The notes under the pieces were generated by a model, which worked only from the letters and a program-made list of their open reading frames with translations, had not been told where the DNA came from and did no database searches. Of a DNA stretch of 64,000 nt, positions 58,396 through 64,000 are shown piece by piece (position 1 is the first letter of the stretch; each line of letters starts with the position of its first letter). The stretch is from the NCBI GenBank assembly GCA_963696385.1, contig CAVOKF010000005.1, positions 704,001-768,000 on the forward strand, given 5' to 3'. The position numbers were made by a program, and so were the translations under genes. Source of the DNA: an uncultured delta proteobacterium. Lineage in GTDB: Bacteria > Myxococcota_A > Polyangia > Polyangiales > Polyangiaceae.

Positions 58396-60994
58396 TTAGA
58401 GTCCACACGAGAATCGGGGTTGCTGCGAGACGGAACCCGCCGCCCTCGGTCGATTCGAGAAACGCGGCCACGCCACGACCGCCTGCAAGGGCAGCCTGAC
58501 CTTGGCCCGCGTTCGCGCCCGGGCTTGAGAGCTCAAGAGGCTCTCCGAGCACAACCCCGCTCTCCGACAGCGTGATCGCCCGCAAATCGTGCTTTGTCGG
58601 GGGACCTTCAGTCCAAACGAGCAAGAAGCGATTGCCCGGTAGCGCGACGACGCCGGGCGACATCGCTTGCTCGCCCTTGCCGCCGGGCGGCGGATTGAAC
58701 GAGGTCGGTTCCGTCGATAGATCACCCACTTTGAACCGAACCGAGCGCAGCTGCCATGCTCCGGCGGGGGACGCGCGATCGGCCCAGGCGAGGAGAACGA
58801 CGCCGTCGTTCATGGCGATGGCAGGGGCTCCGACGCCTCCGCCCAGGCCGGCGAAGCGACGGAGCTCGCCGAGCGCGGTCAGCGTGTCGCGGCCCGCCAC
58901 AAGGCCAACTTCAACCCCACCCGAATGCCGGAAGGCAATGGCCGTCGTCGACGCGCCACCGGAACGGTCGGTTGCCGCGCGCACGGCCTCGATCTCACCG
59001 TCTATCGGCCAAAGCCGACCGGCTGCAGCGCCGCCCGGACGCGACCATACGATGGTGGCGTCCGAAGCGCCGACCTGAAGGGGGGGAACGGTCGCGATCG
59101 TGCGCCGCCCGCGGATCCCCTCCGTCTCGCCGTCCCCGTCGACCATGGCGAGCGGAAGACCGTTGCTGGAGAGCCCGGGCGTCACCCGAACGATCGTCGA
59201 CGAAGAAGGGGCCGTTACCTTGGAAATGACCGACAGGGTGTTCGGGTCCAATCGGAGCGACTCTGCTTGACGATCGCGTGCCGCGAAACCGACCAGCACG
59301 TCGCCTCCGAGCACTCGAAGTTCGACTCCAGCGTTGACCAGCGCGCTTGGGGCGAGGACCTTCGGGGAGCCCGCTACGACACAAGGGGCCAGAATGGGCC
59401 GATCCTCCGATGCGGGTGCCGACACGCTTGCCGTCGAGGGCGACTGGACCGATCTGCGGTCCGGCTCAACGGGGCCGGCGAATTCGCCCGGAGCCGAATG
59501 CTGCGTGGCACTCGGGTGGCGGCGAGCAAGCGAGAAGACCACCACGACGACTCCGAACCACAGTCCGGCGAGCGCAACGGCCGGTAGAATCCACTTGGAT
59601 CGATTGTCCTTGCGGACCGGTTCCTCCAGCGTGACTCTCGCCGGCGCCGAAAGGCCCGTGCCGAGTCTACGTGCGCGCAGACGCGTGCCGAGCTCTCGCG
59701 TCAACGCGAGGAAACGCGCGGTCTGCCCTTGGGTCGTCGCCGAGGAAAGAATCGTTCGCGTGCGAGCCGCGATGCGCGCCAAGAAGGGATGGACCCGTCG
59801 CGAGTGCGCCGAGATGCGCGCCAAGAGACGCGTGCGGAGCCCTTGAGCCATCGCGGGCAGCGCCCGTGTCGTGTGCTTCAGCCGTGTGAGGGCGGCGATG
59901 AGGGGTGTCTGCGGAGGGCCGATGTCCTCCGCCTCGGCGGCCTCCGGCTCGCTTCCGTGGATCGATTCCGACACCGAGCGCTCCGGTGACGGACCCACGC
60001 TGCTGTCGGCGTGCGCCGTGGGGGGAGCCGCGAGACCTCCGTGCGGCGCGGCGGCGTCGGACATTGGGGTGCCGTCATCTCGAGCCGACTGAGCGCCGAC
60101 GGGCAGCGTCAACGCGGTGTCGTGAAGTTCCTCCGCGGCGGGGATCCGAATTTCGCGATCGACCTCCGTTGCCGGCGTACGCGGAGGCAGGCTGGGGTCG
60201 GCCGTTCGCGGAGGCAGGCTGGGGTCGGCCGTTCGCGGAGGCAGGCTGGGGTCGGCCGTTCGCGGAGGCAGGCTGGGGTCGGCCGTTCGCGGAGGCAGGC
60301 TGGCCTCGGTACCTCCCGTTTGCGGAGGGGCGTCGGCGGTTCCGGGCAGAGTCGCATCCGGCGTTTTCGGTGTCAGACTGGCGTTGGCCGATCGTGGCAG
60401 GGAGCTGTCCAGGGCCGAGTGGGCCGTTCGCGGAGGCAGGCTGGGCTTGGCCGTTCTCGGTGGCGGGCCGATCTTCGCTGCGGGTTGGGCCGTTCGCTTT
60501 GCGCGCTGCGGTTCGGCTGGCGGAAACGACGCCGCCTTGGCCGGACGGACGAAGGGGGGTGGCACGGTAGGCGGTCTACGGCTTTCGGCCACCGGGGTGG
60601 GTGGCCGTCGGGAGACCGGCGGGGCCTGCCGAATTGCGTCGGTCGTCCGCGGCGGCGGTGCCCGCAGTTCATCGACAAGGACGGATCCGCTGAGCTCCTC
60701 CGCCTCCGCCTGCGACTCGCGAGCATCATCGACCGGGAGCAACGCCGAGGTACTAACCTCTTCGACGACAAGAGGCGGTCGGCGTGGTGGCGCGCTCCGC
60801 GGCCCGGCGGACTGGCCTCGCTCTTCATCTCCAATTCGCGGCGCCGAAGAAGACCTGGCTCCCGGCGCGTCATTTGGGCCACCGTTGCCGGGGCTGCGAG
60901 CCGGCATCCTCGGCGGCGGTAAGGGGGGCCGCGAAGTACCGCCGAGCTTGGTGCCGCCGGAAGGCTCGACCTTGCGATCCCTATCTTCGCTCAC
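58396..60994 (-). CDS. Large Pro-rich bitopic membrane protein (probable 1-nt indel near the 3' end)
   Basis: Pro-rich N-terminus, one TM (WILPAVALAGLWFGVVVVVF), beta-rich C-terminus. As sequenced it overruns dsbD to 58292; an adjacent frame ends CGL-stop at 58396. Confidence 0.7.
60181..60303. repeat. 27-bp coding tandem repeat, about 4.5 copies
   Basis: Unit GCGGAGGCAGGCTGGGGTCGGCCGTTC, encoding PPRTADPSL. Confidence 0.95.
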
Positions 60995-61119
60995 AGGATA
61001 CCTTTGCGATACTAGCGCCGAAGAAAACAAAAGGCTTTGCCCATGCGCGATGGCTGGCGGTCGCACCCAAACCGGCTGGCTTCACTCCTCGAAGGCCCTA
61101 CGACGACGGCAGGCTCCCA

Positions 61120-61770
61120 CTACCCATCTGCTTGTGCGACGACGGCCGATTCGACCTGTGAAGCACCCGCCGATCGGATGGCGTGTTCGCATGCGCGGAG
61201 CGTTGCGCCGGTCGTTCGAACGTCATCCACGAGCAGGACCTTTCGATTCGCGAATGGGTTTTGCGCAACGAACGCGCCGGAAACGTTGGCTGCGCGCATT
61301 CGGCGATCGAGCATCGCTTGTGTCGCCGTCTCTCTCGTGCGCGTGAGGGCCCGGGCGCACATGGGGGCGCCGAGGCGTCGCGCGATTCCGCAGGCGATGA
61401 GCGTTGCCTGGTTGAATCCGCGCTCGGCCAGACGAGACGGATGCAATGGAACCGGCACGATGACCGCGCCGCTCAGAGAGGTGCGCTGCGGCTCGATGGC
61501 TCCCCAAAGCAGATCGCTCAGGGGGCCAGCGATTTCGGGCCGACGCTCGTACTTCAAGCGAGCGATGGCCCACGCGATCGCTCCGCCGTAAACGAACGCG
61601 GTCGTCACCGATTCATGGGTCGCGACGAACCGCTCGACGGTGTACGCACAAGCTCGGCAAAATGCGACTCGCGATCGGACGGGCGCATCGCATGCTGCGC
61701 ACCGAGCAGGGACACCCGTCGGGGCCACGAGATCGCTGCCGACAGACGAAAACCGACGAGGAGGATGCAT
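61120..61770 (-). CDS. comF: ComF-family phosphoribosyltransferase-like protein
   Basis: C..C...C..C, VPVPLH.SRL.ERGFNQ and LLVDDV.TTGATL. Confidence 0.92.
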   Translation of the reverse strand: MHPPRRFSSVGSDLVAPTGVPARCAACDAPVRSRVAFCRACAYTVERFVATHESVTTAFVYGGAIAWAIARLKYERRPEIAGPLSDLLWGAIEPQRTSLSGAVIVPVPLHPSRLAERGFNQATLIACGIARRLGAPMCARALTRTRETATQAMLDRRMRAANVSGAFVAQNPFANRKVLLVDDVRTTGATLRACEHAIRSAGASQVESAVVAQADG

Positions 61771-61809
61771 CCTACCCCCCCCTCGGCCGCCTGCGTTCGA
61801 AGTTGCTCG

Positions 61810-62421
61810 TCAGGTTGCCCGTGGCCACTCGTCCGCGGTCACGGCGAACACGAAGTGGTCTTGCCATGCCCCCGCGATGCAAAGGTATCGCTCCGCGAGC
61901 CCCTCACGCCGGAAGCCGGCTTTTTCGAGGACGCGCTGGCTTGCCCGATTGCTCGGCATCACCGCCGCCTGCACGCGATGCAACCGCGCAAATGCGAACG
62001 CAAACGTGGTTGCCGCGCGCACCGCTTCGGTCATCAGGCCACGGTTTTGGCGGTCGGCATCGATCCAGTACCCCAGGTATGCATTCTGAAAGGCGCCTCG
62101 CAGGATGCCGCCGAGCGCGACGCGTCCGATGACGATCGATTCGTCGCCGCGCGGGATGACGAGCAGCACGTACGTCTGGCCCTGCCGCCATTCGCGGCGA
62201 TGCCGCAAGACGGCCCGCGAAACGGCGGTCAGAGAGGCCGGATCTTCGCCCGGCGTGGGCGCCACGCTCCACGGTTTCAGGTGTGCGGCATTCTTGCGGA
62301 GTGCGTGGCGCATTCGAGCGACGTCGGACGTGCGCGGAGCTCGCAGCACCAACCGTTCGGTCACGATGCGCGTCGAGAGCGGCGTCGACACGGGCCCATC
62401 GGGCGGTGCGCTCTCAGTCAT
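61810..62421 (-). CDS. RimJ/RimL-family GNAT acetyltransferase
   Basis: TERLVLR, LGYWI...QNRGLMTEAV, LHRV.A..MP.N.AS.RVLEKAGF.EG and WQDH. Confidence 0.92.
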   Translation of the reverse strand: MTESAPPDGPVSTPLSTRIVTERLVLRAPRTSDVARMRHALRKNAAHLKPWSVAPTPGEDPASLTAVSRAVLRHRREWRQGQTYVLLVIPRGDESIVIGRVALGGILRGAFQNAYLGYWIDADRQNRGLMTEAVRAATTFAFAFARLHRVQAAVMPSNRASQRVLEKAGFRREGLAERYLCIAGAWQDHFVFAVTADEWPRAT

Positions 62422-62435
62422 CCAGACTCAGATAT

Positions 62436-64000
62436 TCATAACAGTTGCACGGGGTCGACGTCGATCGATGAGCGCACCCCCCGCCCGAGCCCCGAACGAC
62501 ATCCGTCGATCGCGCCGAGGACCAGGCGAAGTGCCGTCCGCTCCGACGCACGCAGCATCAACCGGAAGCGAAAGCGGTTGCGGATGCGGGCGATCGGCGC
62601 GGGCGCCGGGCCCTGCAACGTCACTCGCCCGCTTCGCACGGACTCCGTCGCGCTCGCGACCTGCGCCAAGGTCTTCGAAGCGTCGCGAGCCTCGCCCTCG
62701 TCGAGGGCGTCGACCCGCACGAGTGCAGAGCGTGTGAGCGGCGGGTATCCAAGTTCGCGGCGATCGGCGAGCTCTCGCTCGAGGAACGCATCGACGTCGT
62801 GTTCGGCCGCGAGCGCGATGGCCGGGTGCTGCGGATCCCATGTCTGGACGATGACGCGTCCGGGCGTGTCGCCGCGACCTGCACGACCCGCCACCTGAAC
62901 GAGCAGCTGGAACGAGCGCTCCGCGGCTCGAAAATCCGGAATACTCAGCGCGGCGTCCGCATTGACGACTCCGACGAGCGTTACATTTGGCAGATCGTGG
63001 CCTTTGGTCACCATTTGAGTTCCGATCAGGATATCGATTTCGCGCGCCCGGACTCGGGCCAGGATCGCTTCGATTTTCTTTCCCTTCGCCACATCGCGGT
63101 CCAATCTGGCGACCCGCGCGTGGGGGAAGGCGGCCGAGAGCGTCTCTTCCAGCTTTTCGGTACCGACGCCTTCGAGCGCGAGCGCCTCGGCGCCGCACGC
63201 GGCGCAACGCGGTCCGAGCGGCGCCTCGAAGTCGCAGTAGTGGCACCGAACGGTGCCCGAGCGCTTGTGGAACGTGAGTGCCACCGAGCAGGATTCGCAC
63301 ATCGCCACTTTGCCGCAGGCCTCACAGCGAATGCTGGGCGCAAATCCCCTGCGGTTCAGAAATAGGATCACTTGCTCGTGCGACCGGAGCGTGTCTTCGA
63401 TCGCGCGGTACAAGGGCATGCTGATGCGTCGGTCGCCCGTCGGACCCGGACCGATGCGCCGCAGGTCGATGAGATCGACGCGGGGCATTGGTTGCGCCCG
63501 CGCACGGTCGGGCAGCCGGAGCTTGATTGCGCGCCCGGTCCGCGCCAGGTGTTCGCTCTCGAGCGAGGGCGTCGCGCTGCCGAGCACGCACACGCCGCCC
63601 GTCCGACGCGCTCGCCAGATGGCCATGTCGCGCGCGTGGTAACGAACGCCTTCCTCCTGCTTGAAGCTCGGGTCGTGCTCCTCGTCGACTATGACGAGCG
63701 CCAGCCGTCGGACCGGCGCGAACAGAGCGCTCCGTGCCCCAATCGCCACGTCGACCTCGCCGACCCGCAACCTCTTCCACATGGCGTGCCGCTCGCGCGG
63801 CGTCAGCCCCGAGTGCAGGACTGCGACCTCGTCTCCGAAGCGCGCACGGAAGCTCGCGACGAGCTGCGGGGTGAGCGCGATCTCGGGAACCAGCATGATG
63901 GCGCCCTTGCCGCACTGGCGAGCCGCAGCGATTGCGCGAAGGTAGACCTCCGTCTTGCCGCTTCCCGTCACTCCGTGAAGAAGAAATGTTTGCGGTCGGA
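62436..64000 (-). CDS. priA: Primosomal protein N' (5' part outside the window)
   Basis: GVTGSGKTEVY, LVPEIALTPQ, DEEHD, SATPS, two Zn-knuckle pairs and QVAGRAGR. Confidence 0.97.
   Translation of the reverse strand, partial: RPQTFLLHGVTGSGKTEVYLRAIAAARQCGKGAIMLVPEIALTPQLVASFRARFGDEVAVLHSGLTPRERHAMWKRLRVGEVDVAIGARSALFAPVRRLALVIVDEEHDPSFKQEEGVRYHARDMAIWRARRTGGVCVLGSATPSLESEHLARTGRAIKLRLPDRARAQPMPRVDLIDLRRIGPGPTGDRRISMPLYRAIEDTLRSHEQVILFLNRRGFAPSIRCEACGKVAMCESCSVALTFHKRSGTVRCHYCDFEAPLGPRCAACGAEALALEGVGTEKLEETLSAAFPHARVARLDRDVAKGKKIEAILARVRAREIDILIGTQMVTKGHDLPNVTLVGVVNADAALSIPDFRAAERSFQLLVQVAGRAGRGDTPGRVIVQTWDPQHPAIALAAEHDVDAFLERELADRRELGYPPLTRSALVRVDALDEGEARDASKTLAQVASATESVRSGRVTLQGPAPAPIARIRNRFRFRLMLRASERTALRLVLGAIDGCRSGLGRGVRSSIDVDPVQLL

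Noticed and set aside
60181..60303. 27-bp repeat array as a CRISPR or ncRNA array
   Set aside because: No spacers; it encodes PPRTADPSL within a Pro-rich protein.

Overview
GC-rich bacterial DNA, probably a myxobacterium (Polyangia-like). This is inferred from a three-bactofilin cluster and several Asp/Ala/Gly-linker Cys-rich lipoproteins. A tRNA-Val(GAC) gene at 40031-40102 (-) divides the window. To its right (40.5-64 kb) is mostly core genome: aldolase/SDR, aldehyde dehydrogenase, mrp, MoxR, transglutaminase, UGPase, three bactofilins, ppsR, glyQ, dsbD, comF, a RimJ-type GNAT and priA. To its left is an accessory zone built from at least two islands integrated in tandem at the tRNA 3' end: an att copy at 30781-30824, two decayed tyrosine integrases, and GGGTGCTCC arm-like repeats. 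The tRNA-proximal island holds a precisely bounded, oversized IS21-family element (32379-37152; TG...CA ends, 6-bp target duplication, splits an arsR gene). It encodes three accessory ORFs around istA/istB and a hairpin-rich leader. Its istA is itself split by a 1003-bp transposase-less element with symmetric IS21-like ends but CT...AG termini. Further left are a decayed pentose-phosphate operon (only pgi intact; zwf pieces 21 kb apart), an orphan vgrG-PAAR(DUF4280)-effector remnant-putative immunity locus, several toxin-antitoxin modules whose toxins are broken, IS4/IS66/IS481/IS21 remnants and secreted lipoproteins. No CRISPR array or rRNA was seen. Some single-base frameshifts may be sequencing errors. 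All protein assignments are by motif recognition, without database searches.
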